Assembly (NCBI RefSeq): GCF_006345805.1
Contig: NC_043003.1
Coordinates: 37,634,001 to 37,698,000, forward strand
DNA: 64,000 nucleotides
Reading direction: 5' to 3'
DNA from: Octopus sinensis
Lineage: Eukaryota
Position 1 is the stretch's first letter. Each line of letters begins with the position of its first letter. The notes beneath the pieces were generated by a model. The model did no database searches. It saw nothing but the letters and a program-made list of their open reading frames with translations, and was not told where the DNA came from. This document shows, piece by piece, positions 1 to 12,747 of the stretch. A program made the position numbers and the translations under genes.

Positions 1-330
1 TGGGTGGCCCCTTTCTAGATGCTGTTTAGTAAGTCTGTATGTGCAGTAACAACTCCATCCTAGATATGGAAGTAATACTCCAGTGTGGGTCTCAGCTGAG
101 TTTTGTAGAGTATCAATAATGTTAGGAGTTGAAGTATCTTCTGGTCTTGAACAGAACAACCAATTGTTGTAATGCAGTCCTATCTATGTTATGGATGTGC
201 TTTCACCAGAAGAGATCCTTGGTGATAATGTGACCCAACAATTAGGACAATTTTAAGGCTGTTATCTTGTTTTTAATTTGGTTTCAGATCTGCCTCTGAA
301 ATAGTAAAAGGCATTTACTTACAAAACCAA
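1..330 (-). mobile_element. CR1/L2-clade LINE relic (RT C-terminal region)
   Basis: Minus-strand translation LGHIITKDLFW*KHIHNI..LILYKTQLRPTLEYYFHI*DGVVTAHTDLLNSI*KGA, typical post-RT motif, with stops. Confidence 0.8.
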
Positions 331-499
331 GTGCTCCAATTATTATTGGCATAAATATTAATTTGTAATTATTTGTATTATTGGCATAAATGTAAATTTG
401 TAATCTGAAGGCCATCAGTAAGAAAGTACCTCCTGAGGAGCTCACTTCTGACATATAGGATATTGTTTACTTCACTTTTTGGCACTAAATTAATGTACT

Positions 500-790
500 T
501 GTTTTTGCTGCTGTTGTCTAGCAAGTGCTGTCTGAAAAAGACTGTGACATTCAAAGCTGTCTGCACTTATCTCAAGCCCCTACCTCTTTTATCTCTTCTT
601 AGGTAGAGCCTGTCGATATCATTATTTTTGTGGAGATTTCCAGTTGATGTTAGAATCTTGCAGGTTTTAATGTCTATGGAGTGAATTTCTTCTACAGACC
701 AGTCAAGTATCCCAGATGTTGGGATCAGTACTGATACTACAAATGCATTGTGGGGTACTATCTTGTATGTAAGAGGAGAGTTCAACTGCC
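500..790 (-). mobile_element. R4/Dong-like non-LTR retrotransposon relic
   Basis: NAFVVSVLIPTSGILDWSVEEIHSIDIKTCKILTSTGNLHKNNDIDRLYLRRDKRGRGL matches the DRLY..R..GGRGL motif. Confidence 0.8.
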
Positions 791-1207
791 ATATTTTTCT
801 TAGTCTCATTTGTGTGTGTGATTGTGTATGTATGTATGTATGTATGATCTCACACACAATACAGTAGTACAGATTCATTGGCAAAAAATAATCCAATCTT
901 GGCATTTGTCGGAAAGGCTGGTAGGAAAGAGTATAGTGCCGGCTCTTTGCCACTTGATGTCAGAATGTTTTACATGTAGTGACACTTAATACATCTCGTA
1001 TACAAAACCCATTGGTAAAATTGGCCGAAATGCACCTGTGATACTGTGTTGTATAAATATTAATACACTCACTCTGTTGTTTAGTGTATGAGTGCCTGTT
1101 TTCTCTGACTCATGAATGATGATACACACACATATCATTATCATCATTTACTGTCTGCTTTCCATGTTGTCCAACCTGGTATAGTAAGCGGCCGTTAAAT
1201 GATAATA

Positions 1208-2101
1208 TACAGGGTGTGATGGGTAAATCGTCACCATTTTATATTTTTAATTTAATGCATGCACATAGTTTGTTTTTGATTTTATTAACTACACAGTATA
1301 GTTGGGTCAGTTGGGCACTGTCTGTGAGAAAAACAGTACCATGATGCAATTCACTGCTAGAAATTTGTAAACAACATGCTGTACTGCTTAGCATTCATGC
1401 CGGAAGCTCCAATACAAACATTTCAGAGTATTTGGGTGTCAGTGTGAGGACAGTGCAATATGAAGACACGTACCAAAAGTGATATAAATCAAACATCCAG
1501 TCAACTTCATAGTGTTTGGAGTGATCTCTATTGATGACAACGTTATTCTTCTATTCATCTTCCCACACAGTCTTGGACTCAACAAGGAGGTCTATATCAA
1601 GTATCTGGAGGAGGTAGTGCTGCCCTGGGTCAAGAGGGTGGCTGCTGGGAGACCCTATGTCTGGCAACAGGACTCTGCACCATGCCACATCAGCAGGAAA
1701 ACCCAGTCATGGCTGTCAGACAATTTCTGCAACCACACTACCTCTAACATCTGACCACTTAACTCCCCAGACTACACCCCCCCCCTGATTATTATGTGTG
1801 GGGCACAGTTGAGTGAGAGACCAACAAAACTCCTTGTAACATGAAAGATTAACTGAAGGCAAGAATTATGTCAGCATTCACTAACTTAAACAAGGAGACC
1901 GTCCAGAAGAGTTGCAAGAGATTCCAAAGTCGTCTGGAGGCTGTGGTTGAAGCCAATGGCAATTTTATTGAATAAATTTACTCTTTAGTATTTCTAGATG
2001 TTTTTATGTAATTTTGGTAAATATGTTTGTTTAAATGAGGTGTCAGTGTTATTTTCATTTTTAAGTAATTTAGGTGACAGTTTATTCACTGCACCCTATA
2101 T
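1208..2101 (+). mobile_element. Tc1/mariner (maT-like, DD37D spacing) deleted, defective transposon
   Basis: TA-CAGGGTG..GTCACC left end and degenerate inverted right end; WQQDSAPCH..(W)PLNSPD..DYYVWG..FQSRLEAVVEANGNFIE with stop and poly-C frameshift. Confidence 0.88.
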
Positions 2102-2218
2102 ATATATATTGCCCCATGCAAGCATAAAAAAGTAAATGTTATAATTGTGGTGCTGCTGTTGTTGATTGTGGCAATATCTTATTATTTTTTTGTACTCTAT
2201 AACATATACACACACACA

Positions 2219-2436
2219 CATGGGGTGTTGAAAAGTTCCTGGCTTTGTGTAAAAGAAAATACAGCAGGATCAGTTAATTATAATTTTATTTGACATCTTA
2301 CCCTCTCAGATTCACATGCTTATTTTCGTGGTCCTTCAGTTTTTCTAAGTACTGTAAAAGAACTTGGAAGGTTGGACCTCCAACCAGGCTTTACACAATA
2401 CCATTAAAGCCAGGAACTTTTCATCGCTCCCTCATA
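2219..2436. mobile_element. Mariner-type MITE
   Basis: Inverted ends GGGGTGTTGAAAAGTTCCTGGCTTT / AAAGCCAGGAACTTTTCATCGCTCCCTCATA, no ORF. Confidence 0.75.
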
Positions 2437-4450
2437 TTTCTCATGCAAGTATGAAAAAGTGGATGTTAAAATGGTGGTACTGCTTTTGATTGTGGAAATA
2501 GTTTTAAAAATTTTTTCTGTACTCTATAACACACACACACACACATATAATTTCTTTTTGCATGATATCAAATTTCATATGGCATCACAAATTCTCTTCT
2601 TGGCTGTTCCGCTTGTAAGAAATATTAGCCAAATCTTTCTCAAATCAACACAACTGTCTTAAAAAAGGAAGGAGACAATGTATGTGTCCCAGTTAATGTT
2701 GACCTGGATATATAATATTTGTAAATAAAGATGGGAAGATTATGGATTAAATACAGTGAGCCAATGATTGGCTGTTCATTGGAAACGTATACTCAACGAC
2801 ACTATTGCTTGCAAAATGCAATACAAAATATAGTAATTCATTTGATTATATGAGTGATCAAACAGACTGACCTGGGACTGAACAACGACTGAAATATTGA
2901 GAAGCCATCCTTATTATTTTACAAAACCAGTTGAGATAATAACAGAGTGTGTGAAATTGTCATTAATGCAGGAGCTTGTTTGTTTGAAGCTTCTAAAATA
3001 TAAAACACCACTTCTGATTTGTTGGACCTCTCTCTTACTCTCTCACTCACTATTTCTCTTCCACATTTTATTGTTGTTACTAATACTACATAACTTGACA
3101 TATGTTCCATTGCATTTAAAAACATCACTCTTGCAGCAAAATGTAGAACGCTGTATAAATACAATAAAATGAGATGTCTAAACTTCCATTTACTTACTGT
3201 GCTTGTTACATCAAAAATATTTTTTATATCTTGTCTTCTAGACATTCATAGCCCATGTTGTTAAGTATATCTAGCCTCTCTACTATGAACAGTCTTCTTA
3301 GCTAAACACAATCCTCCCAATGTAGGCTGTTTATGTTCTGATGTCCTGCTTAATTAGGTGTGTGTGTGTGCATTTACTAACCAGCATGTCTTACTTTTCA
3401 CTCTTAATTGTACGTACATATGTTATCTTCATAGCTAAATGTACCCTGTCTTCTTCATTACTATGTTTTCTCCTCTTCGCTGTATGTGTTTATGTAATAG
3501 GTTCTGCACACACTGACTCTTTATCTAAATATCTTGTTATTTTAAGATTAACAAAAATAAATTACTATTATTGTTATTAGTGCCTAATTGGCCTTATCTG
3601 TAGTGTCTTGAGTTACACATATAACTTCCCTTTTCATTACAATACTAATGCATTTAAGAATGGCATGAACGACACAGCATGCAATTTCTCCTCTCTAGAA
3701 TTTCTCAGGTTTCATATTTACATGTCAAACAGTCATTATTATTATTATTATTATTGGAAGCCCATGAGCAACAAGTAGACAAAAACTCCAGAGCTTCAGG
3801 CTATGTCTCTTTCGGTAGTTGGTTTTTGTCTTGCCATACAATCAGTCATGGCTGTGTGGTTAAGTTCACAACAATGTGATTTTAGATTCAATTTCCATAA
3901 TAAAACATTGAATGTCTTCTAAAAAAAAAAAAAAAACATCTTCTGAAATAACCTTAGGTTGACCAATGTCTTGTGAGTGAAATATGGCTGATGGAAACTA
4001 GAAATACATCAAAGAGACTGATTCTGGGCTTGGATAGTGGATTTAATATACCATCCATTTTAATACCACTACTATCTTTTTGGGTAGTAAGTATTTGAAT
4101 CAGGGCCCCAGTCAGAGGTTAGCTTCCTTTCCTCCACCCACCAATCTTGGAGACCCTGAGAAGGATCTTAGTCTCTGCTCTTTCCTCCTTTGACTTAGTC
4201 ATTAAAAAAATAAGTTGAAATCTTAAACCATTAAAAAAAATGAGTTGCAATATTATAACCTCTTTCACTATTACTGTGTTATTAAGAAAAAGTAATACAA
4301 TGGGAATGGTTCTCTCAACTATACTACCCAATGTCATCAACCATCTTCAATGGTTAACCTTGTTCCTTATCTGTAGAAATTGATTTATATTGGAAGGTTA
4401 ATAAACACTGTGTTATTGAAACTGCCAGTTGTCGTCATTGCCATTGTCAA

Positions 4451-4483
<33 letters not shown>

Positions 4484-4744
4484 TCAAGTGGCCTGAACAC
4501 TTAGGGATGAATGACACTATTTTTTTGTGAATTGGTGATGTTTATACCTGTCCATTCCTTTATCTTATATTTACAACTATTTCTCCCTTTGTAATATTTT
4601 TTCTCTCTCTTGGAACTGTGCCCTGTGAAATAGTTAATACTCTGAAGATCAGATTAAAAGAGGGGCCCTTTGCCTAAGAAAGAAACCCTTGTCTATTTTG
4701 TTATCTTTTGATTATTCATTCATTTGTTTGTTTATTTATTGCAG

Positions 4745-4829
4745 AGTCTTGGAAATTCACAAAAAGAGTATGAAAAGGTTGTGGTAGAATTTAGTGTGAA
4801 GAATCAGTTACGGTATAAAGGAAATATTG
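4745..4829 (+). CDS. FAM91A1: FAM91A1 coding exon 2 (85 nt, phase 0/1)
   Basis: ttgcag|AGT..ATT G|gtaag; SLGNSQKEYEKVVVEFSVKNQLRYKGNI. Confidence 0.95.
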
Positions 4830-5020
4830 GTAAGAAATATCGGTTTTTGTTTTTATTTACTCTCTAAACATTGCTTACAGCCATATCACATTAAAAACAT
4901 TGGTTTTCGTCTAATCATCAAAGTTAAGCAACATCAAGCCATTATAATACTGAAGTAATTAACTTATAGGGAAGCGTAGGTGCTACAAATGCACACTTTA
5001 GCTGTATTATTTCTATCCAG

Positions 5021-5183
5021 GTGTTAGAATAAGTGTATTGTATCCTTGCATTTTGTAATAGGGTTAGAGGATAAAGATAGGATACCACAGCTCAATTCTG
5101 GATGTATCCCTCTTCATATCATAAACGAGGAGAGATATGTTTTTGGTCATACCATGGGTTTATTATTGCTGCCATGCTAACTT
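5021..5183. repeat. Interspersed repeat, copy 1 (copy 2 at 7799-7965); probable retroelement 3' end on minus strand
   Basis: About 160 bp clearly homologous to 7799-7965, where it abuts a (TA)n tract. Confidence 0.7.
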
Positions 5184-5645
5184 GATGTTGACTGGGTACT
5201 CTGTCAGTTTTAGTATTCATTTTTGATGGACCAGTAACATGAAGTAAAGTGCCTTGCTCAAGAACACAACACATCTCCTACAATGGGAACTGAATCCATG
5301 ATCTTGTGATCTATGAATCCCCAGTACATGACTAGTGTTTATTTTATTTAGAAACAGAAGAAAGCAAAGTTCAACCCTTAATGAGATTTGAACTTAAAGT
5401 GTAAAAAGACATAACTAAATACCACAAAATATTTTGACAGACATGTCCTTCTGAGTGTGTCCCTGGCTTTTAGAATAGATACACTATATCCATGTGTGTT
5501 GTAAGAATTAACTAAAAGGGTTGGCACTAGGAAAGACATGCTATTGTAAAACAGTATCAAAAAGTCCTGTCCAACCCATGCTAACATAGAAAAGCAGTTC
5601 TAAAAGTAATGGTTGTGGTGGTGGCAGTGGTATCAATCCCTTACT

Positions 5646-5885
5646 AAGGCGGCGAGCTGGCAGAAACGTTAGCACGCCGGGCGAAATGCGTAGCCGTATT
5701 TCGTCTACCATTACGTTCTGAGTTCAAATTCCACCGAGGTCGACTTTGCCTTTCATCCTTTCGGGGGTCGATAAATTAAGTACCAGTTACACACTGGGGT
5801 CGATGTAATCAACTTAATACCTATGTCTGTCCTTGTTTGTCCCCTCTGTGTTTAGCCCCTTGTGGGTAGTAAGGAAATAGGTATC
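5646..5885 (+). mobile_element. tRNA-derived SINE family A
   Basis: A-box-like TGGCAGAAACGTTAG, B-box-like GAGTTCAAATTCC, core GCCTTTCATCCTTTCGGGGTCGATAAATTAAGTACCAG; other copies at 37956-38140 and 56130-56480. Confidence 0.88.
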
Positions 5886-6653
5886 AATCCCTTATCTAGT
5901 AACCTCAGAGACGATCAAAGAATCCAACACTGTAGACTGCAATCTAATAAAGTAATGAAGAGCAACACACTCATTATATAGGGTTCTCTTAGTCTGCCTT
6001 ACTGTTTAAAGTAGTAAGTTGTGACAGTGACATTACTAAGGTCCCTATTAAAGTTAGCTAAGTAGAGCTGATGAGTTATGCATCTCGTTTTTGCTGAAGA
6101 TAATGCAATGCAGCATGAATAACAGAATATAAACTATAGACTTGTAAAACTGGTAGACCGGCACCATAAATCTGTAGTCAGCCACGACTCTGTGGAGACA
6201 TTTCTTCCTTTAAAGCTTCCTAATGCTTTCATTTCATACAATGGGAGATCCAGTAAAATGTCAATAAACAAAAATCAATTTCTCGAAATCTATCATTTTA
6301 TATATTGATTTTCTTAATGGCTGTTGCAGATCATAAATTTATGGGCAGTTAAGTATGGTAACCTAACAATGATCTCTGGATGTGGACGAATGTAGATAAG
6401 TGCATGTGTGTGTGTGTGTGTTTAAAGAATATATGTTTTTGATTTGTAACAAAAAATATTCTACTACTCTGGACCAAAATTTGAATAATTTCGTCTTCCA
6501 AATTTCATTGTTATTTAATTCTCACTGAAGACTCTGCAAAGCCTGAAAACCCTTTTTGGTCCAGAATATTCAAATTTATTTATATATATTTTTTTCTTCT
6601 AACATAATATTCTCTATTCTGTTGAGATCTCTTGATGTTGTTTATTTTGAATG

Positions 6654-6654
<1 letters not shown>

Positions 6655-6738
<84 letters not shown>
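6655..6738. repeat. Compound microsatellite (TA)n(GA)n
   Basis: Direct reading. Confidence 0.95.
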
Positions 6739-6741
<3 letters not shown>

Positions 6742-7163
6742 TTGATATGGATAGCAGTATGCAATGTTTTACCAAAAAGGAAAGCTATAATTGTAACTAA
6801 ATATGACTAGGGTGTTAGAAACACTTACATTGCTAGAAATAAGAGCTAAAATGCTCTAATGCTGTAGTCAAAGCACATAATTGCATACATATATACTGAC
6901 AGATTATAATTGCCTGACAATACCGATTGAGAATTTCCATCCTGACTGGTCAGTTTCAGCAATTTCTGATGATAGCACTGCATTTAAATTGATGCAATGG
7001 TTGCACTGTTCAATTAGATGGAGCCACTTGAAATGGTTGTACTGCATCACTTCTTGATATCCTGTTGCTTATTTTGATTTTATTCACCTTACTTCGAGCT
7101 GTGAGGATAATACCAGGCTGACTTGGTGCTTCAACTTAAGTACCTAATTCAACTGAATCTCAG

Positions 7164-7201
<38 letters not shown>

Positions 7202-7749
7202 GCAAATTGAGATAGGGGTTGTAAATGCAACCCTCCATGGGATAACATATATCCAATATACTGCCAGTGAAGTACCCAACAAAGTTAATACATAAATGTT
7301 AAGAATTGCGATGCAATTAATTCATTTACTGTATTGTATGGGCAAAGGTAAAGTGTTTTACCACAAATTCATAATACAAAATAAGAAAATGGAGAAATAC
7401 ATCCAAATCAAATATCAACTACCAGATAATACCCAATCACATACTTTATTAAGCCACTACATAAGAAACTTTAAGGTCAAACATAATAATATATGACAAA
7501 ACAGTGTACATAGAGGTGTGTACATAAAGGAGTAATATGATACAATAAGTACAATATGTATAAGAGAATATGGAGGTGAACTTGTGTCAGATGATGAAAG
7601 ATTATAGTGAGACAGAGATAGGTGTCTTGCTGTGGAGGAGGTATATATATATATAATATTAATTAGAGACAAAACCACTATTTTGTAAAATTGGATTCAA
7701 TCCTAAATCTGATTTTTCCCTGTAAATTTGGATTTATTCCCTAATATTT

Positions 7750-7750
<1 letters not shown>

Positions 7751-7798
<48 letters not shown>
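7751..7798. repeat. (TA)n microsatellite
   Basis: Direct reading. Confidence 0.95.
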
Positions 7799-7804
<6 letters not shown>

Positions 7805-7965
7805 TAGGTGCATTGTGTCCTTGCATTTTGTAATTTTGTAACAGGGACAGAGAGTAAAGATAGGATATAGCAGTTCACTTCTGGATGTATCCCTCTTCAT
7901 ATCGTATATGAGGAGGGATATGTTTTTGGTCATGCCATTGGCTCGTTATTGCTGCCATGCTAACT
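7799..7965. repeat. Interspersed repeat, copy 2 (homologous to 5021-5183)
   Basis: Shared TCTGGATGTATCCCTCTTCATATC..GATATGTTTTTGGTCAT..ATTGCTGCCATGCTAACTT. Confidence 0.75.
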
Positions 7966-8533
7966 TCTGTAATTATAACCAAGGAAACTGAAATGAGCAA
8001 ATGTTTTTTTATTACATTAATTGTTTCATTGAAAATTGATCTAATGATTACTCACTTACTTCTCCTTGGTTATAATTGCAAAAACTGTGGATATTTGTGG
8101 ATTTTCAGGCATTTGATAAAATAATCCCTTGATTACTAACTGACTGATAGCTTGTATGCATGGATAAGCTTAATAGGGTAAATTCTAGGGTTAAACCCAA
8201 ATGAAATTAATAGAGGTGTGTATGTGTGTGTGTGTAAATAAAAGTGTTCTTATATATATAAAGAAACTGAACATTAAAAAGAATCAGTGAAAGATGTAGC
8301 GTCAATTATTTTATCATGAAAAGATTTATCGTTACTTCAAACTTTCACCGAAGGCTGGATTTTCAAACTTTGTAGAATATTAGAAATATGGTATATACGT
8401 ACACACATATATATATTCTCTCCACCATTTGCATATACATATGTAAATGGTAGAGAGAATTGGTTGCAATAATAAGTTGAGATGTGTGGTTTAAGAGGGA
8501 TCAACATCAACAAATAGAAAATGGCTGGAATTT

Positions 8534-8875
8534 GGCGCATGGCTCAGTGGTTAGAGCGTCGAGCTTACGACCGTGAGGTTGTGAGCTCGAATCCCGGACC
8601 GGGCTGCGTGTTGTGTTCTTGAGCAAGACACTTTATTTCACGTTGCTCCAGTTCACTCAGCTGTAGAATTGAGTTGCGACGTTACTGGTGCCAAGCTGTA
8701 TCGGCCCCTTTGTTTTTCCCTTGGACAACATCGGTGACGTGGAGAGGGGAGGCCGGTATGCATGGGCAACTGCTGGTCTTCCATAAAACAACCTTGCCCG
8801 GACTTGTGTCTAGGAGGGTAACTCTCTAGGTGCAAACCCATGGTCACTCATGACCGAAGGGGGTCTTTACCCTTT
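8534..8875 (+). mobile_element. tRNA-derived SINE family B (V-domain-like core), near full length
   Basis: GGCGCATGGCTCAGTGGTTAGAGCG..GCTCGAATCCC head; GTGTTCTTGAGCAAGACACTTT core; tail ..GGGGGTCTTTACCCTTT. Confidence 0.88.
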
Positions 8876-9090
8876 AATAATAATAATAATGAAATTATTG
8901 TATACAGTGCTCAGGTGCATATAAAGTGTATGCAGTAATGTACAAATAACTGTAAAGCAAACAGTGTATGAGTCAGATACATGCTTGCGTGTGTATGGAG
9001 GGGAGAAAATCAGGTGTAGTGTTGGTGAATCTCAGGAAGCATGGAAGTTTTGAAGGATGCGGTGCTCCGACAACTAACAACTGATGTTGA
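8876..9090 (-). mobile_element. CR1/L2-like LINE 3' end with (ATT)n tail, tail-to-tail with the SINE
   Basis: Minus strand SVVSCRSTASFKTSMLPEIHQHYT* then 3' UTR ..GCACCTGAGCACTGTATACAATAATTTC(ATT)n. Confidence 0.65.
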
Positions 9091-9543
9091 TGAGAAAAGG
9101 AAAAAGAACAGAAGGGTGTGTTTGTTCTTATGATTGGATTGTTGCAGTGAATAGAAAGTAGCCTACTTAAGATTTGAAATTTTCCATGACAACTGAAATG
9201 AAGTGGAGTTTAGAGGAGAGGGTACTGAAGGCCTATTTTAATTAAAGGACAATGGAATATTATTTTGTTGTCCAACCACTTCTTTTTCACTAAGTCTGTC
9301 AAAGTACAATCTTAAAAAAGAAAAAAATGAAAATAGAAAAACACTCACACCACACTGCCAGCCCTTATTTCCACCATTTATCACATCAATTCTTCTTGCT
9401 TAGTACCACAGCAGCCACCTAGAAGGTCCACTCATTCAACTTTTGTCCTGTATTGATATCATTATTTAGAAAGATTTCATCACAGCTGGACTATTTCAAA
9501 AAATCTACACAGGTGCAGGTGTGTGTGGCTGTGTGCCATAAGT

Positions 9544-9940
9544 GCAGGCATAGCTGTGGGGTTAAGTAGCTTGCTTCCCAATGATGTGGTCTTGGGTTCA
9601 GTCCCAATGCTTAGCACTTCAGGCAAGTGTCTTCTGCTATAGTTCCAAGCCAATCAAAGTCTTGTGAGTGGATCTGGTAGACAGAAACCAGAAGAAGTCC
9701 ATCATGTACATGTGTGTGTGTGTGTGTGTATGTGTGTGTGTGTGTGTGTGTCTTTGTGTTGTGTTTATACTCCATCACTGCTTGACAACTAGTGTTGGTT
9801 AGTTTATGTCCCTGTAACTTAGCTGTTTGGCAGAAGATACCAGTAGAATAAGTACTGGACTTATAAAAAAAAACCTCATTAAACCCTTCAAGGTGGTGCC
9901 CCAGCATAGCCACAGTCCAATGACTGAAAAAAGTAAAAAA
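9544..9940 (+). mobile_element. SINE family D1 (tRNA head + microsatellite + tail 1), degenerate
   Basis: Homology to 15094-15487. Confidence 0.85.
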
Positions 9941-10137
9941 ATAACAGATAAACTACTAATGATTGATAATTCAAGTTTGTGTTTTTTTGGAGTGGGGTAA
10001 CTACTGCAAATGAATGCTTTATCATTTTTAAAAACATAATTTTCATTCTTTTTTTGATACTTTATTTTATGAATGAATGTTTTATTGCTTTAGAATGTTA
10101 AGTCATCACTTAGTTTAAAGTCAAGTGTTTACTAATA

Positions 10138-10351
10138 ATAACTCTTCAACAATCAAATCAGCCATATCTGGTTAAAATATTCTGCCTCTTCTATGTTCAA
10201 ACTGGCCAGATCTCACATTTCATGTCATAGTAAGAATAAACAATCACATCATTCTAATCTCAAAACTATGAGATAATGTATGACTAATTCAAGACAATGT
10301 AAATAAATAAGCATTTGATTTGACAGAGTAACCTGAGTACTAAAGGGTTAA
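10138..10351 (-). mobile_element. TTAA MITE family F, degenerate
   Basis: Reverse-complement homology to 19170-19390; ends AAAGGG-TTAA. Confidence 0.7.
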
Positions 10352-11119
10352 TCATAGTTCAAACTATATATCAATAGAAAGATAAATTTTTACTCTTATC
10401 AGTGATATAAATTTAATCTCGAAAACTTTGAATTAGCTTAAATGGCTGAATAATTATGGCTGAATTAGCTTAAATGGCAATATCAGTAAATGGCAGTATC
10501 AATAATGTCACAAAAAAGAACATCACTTAATTATGAACATTTTAAAAATGTCTGTTGTATAATGTCTTTATCTTCCCACCTTTATATATATAATTTAAAT
10601 ACTTTGATGAACCTTTAATACTTTTCTTTGGTTGGATGATCTTCCAAACATTAACCACTTTATAGGGTGTACTAGGTGCATTTCATTCTGGCATTAACAC
10701 TAGAGGGAATGCCATGTCCTTAGCCAAACTAGTCTTCTTGATGGTGTGTTATCTCTGCTTGTTTGCTAACTACTTTACAGAGTGTACTGAGTGCATTTTA
10801 CATCACCAGCCTGATTGGGATTGCCTTGTACTCTGCAAGACACGAGAGCCTGGCAACCAAGTATGCACAGGATAGTAAAACTGACATGCATTTCTACAGT
10901 GTATGAGCATTGCTGATCTATAGATTTATGTTATTATAGCTGTTAGTGCTATTTATTATTATCATCTATTTATTAATGTATCTTTCTTGTTATTGTTCAT
11001 GTACTGTTTTTTGTGAGGAGTACAAGACAAAATTATATATGTAAATGTGTGAAGATAAATACATTATACAATGGACATTCTAAAAATTTGATAAAGGTTA
11101 AAATATAATAGAACAAATG

Positions 11120-11476
11120 ATCCGAATCGTGGCCGATGCCAGCGCCGCCTCGACTGGCTTCCGTGTCGGTGGCACGTAAAAAGCACCATCCGAAACGTGG
11201 CCGAAGCCAGTGCCGCCTCGACTGGCTTCCGTGCAGGTGGCACGTAAAATGCACCAATCCGACCGTGGCCGATGCCAGCCTCGCCTGGCACCAGTGCAGG
11301 TGGCACGTAGAAAGCACCCACTACACTCACGGAGTGGTTGGCGTTAGGAAGGGCATCCAGCTGTAGAAACATTGCCAGATAAGACCGGAGCCTGGTGCAG
11401 CCTTCTGGCTTCCCAGATCCCCGGTCAAACCGTCCAACCCATGCTAGCATGGAGAACGGACGTTAAACGATGATGA
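11120..11476 (+). mobile_element. Family C: RTE 3'-UTR-derived element with ~65-bp tandem units and (GAT)n tail
   Basis: Three GC-rich units (..GCCGATGCCAGCGCCGCCTCGACTGGCTTCCGTG..GGTGGCACGTAAAAAGCACC), then GGAAGGGCATCCAGCTGTAGAAA..CATGCTAGCATGGAGAACGGACGTTAAACGATGATGA; near-identical to 20968-21277. Confidence 0.88.
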
Positions 11477-11579
11477 AATAGCAAAATGTATAAAATCACA
11501 GTAATTAAAACAATGTGAAATTTTGTTTCTATATTTAGTTTGTGGGAGTCTTGATGTGAAATCACATATTGGAACAGAT

Positions 11580-11898
11580 TTTGTTGTATCTCAGGAAGGT
11601 CATTATGCCAATAACAACCACACACACTGGTTCTATTTCACTTCTTTTATTACCATTTGTCAGCTACTTAACCATTTAACTAATTGATTGATTGATTAAT
11701 CATTCAGTCAGTCAATCAGCTAAATTTATCAAAGTCCTTCCATCACCATTTGCAACCACCTCATCAATGATCATTAAAGATTCATCAATCAATAAATTAG
11801 TTAATTGGTTAAATGACTGACTAAAAATAATAAAAGAAATGAAATAAACCAGTGCATGTGCTTACTATTGGTATAACGACCTTCCCAAGATAACAAAA
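11580..11898. repeat. Foldback element with ~115-bp imperfect inverted arms
   Basis: Left arm ~11580-11700 is the approximate reverse complement of ~11784-11898. Confidence 0.8.
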
Positions 11899-12747
11899 AA
11901 GATAAAATTTAAACAATAAAAAACACAACTAGGTAAACCATGGATGCACTAGTGAATAATCTCCACCTGGAATGTATCAAAGCTTCATGCAACACTAATC
12001 TTCTTCTCTCAAGTCTCTGCTTTTCTCATGAGTCTATGATAAGTTGCTCATACCAAAAATGCCCTAAGCACTTTCAGGGTTAGGAGGTGTCAGGGTGGCT
12101 AAGAAAAGACCCATATCCTAGTTGTATGTATATAAAATTGCTCTATGTATTTTTCGTTGATTTTATTTCCTTATATGTTTGTACAAGTCTTTGCAGCTAA
12201 TAAAAATGCTGCTGCTGCTGTTGTTTTTGTTGTTGTTGTTAAGCAACAAGACAGGTAAGGGTGATTAGGTGATGGTCTAGGGCTTAGGGGCGGGAGACCC
12301 TAGACCTTGGAAAAAAAAAAACTTTGGTCGTCTTGTTGTAGTCGAGGGCTCTTCATTGATGCCCGACACCACTGGGAGGTGGCCCTCGAAGTCGCTGGAA
12401 ATGGAGATCTCCGGGTCCAAATTCTTGAGAACAGTGGATTAATTAGATCAATAGTGATATTAAAAGTCTTGTAGTATTTAGTTTGATACATGTCTTTATA
12501 TTCATACTTAGAGTTCTGGCAGGTTGTTTTCACTTTGCATCATTCTGGAAGCCAATGGACTTTGTACCTGTGAGGTACTTGGTTGATAATCTAGATTAAC
12601 ATTCTGCTTAATTCACTTGTAACAATACTAGTTCATTATTACAAATTCCTGTTTAAAACAAATTCCATTGATACAATCTGATCTTTTCCCTTTTCAAATT
12701 TTTTTCTTTCTTCTCACTTGTGTATGTATATTATCTTTGTTTTGTAG

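Noticed and set aside
4641-4710. CTGAAGA..GAAAC-CCTT-GTC hammerhead-like motif
   Set aside because: Stem II cannot form and stem I is out of register; too weak to report.
1-4744. FAM91A1 first coding exon (expected M..VEFHIR.NYPW.KLP...KQ)
   Set aside because: No matching reading frame with a donor was found; the KLP at ~3180 lacks context. The exon probably lies upstream of the window.
11119-11310. Regularly spaced GC-rich repeats suggesting a CRISPR array
   Set aside because: Eukaryotic context, whole units repeat with no unique spacers, no cas genes; it is the VNTR of an RTE 3' UTR.
11064-11450. Recurrent ORFs beginning MLAWV (also 20813-21238, 40878-41180, 44517-44819)
   Set aside because: They are antisense translations of the GC-rich family C/D2 repeat tail, not a gene family.
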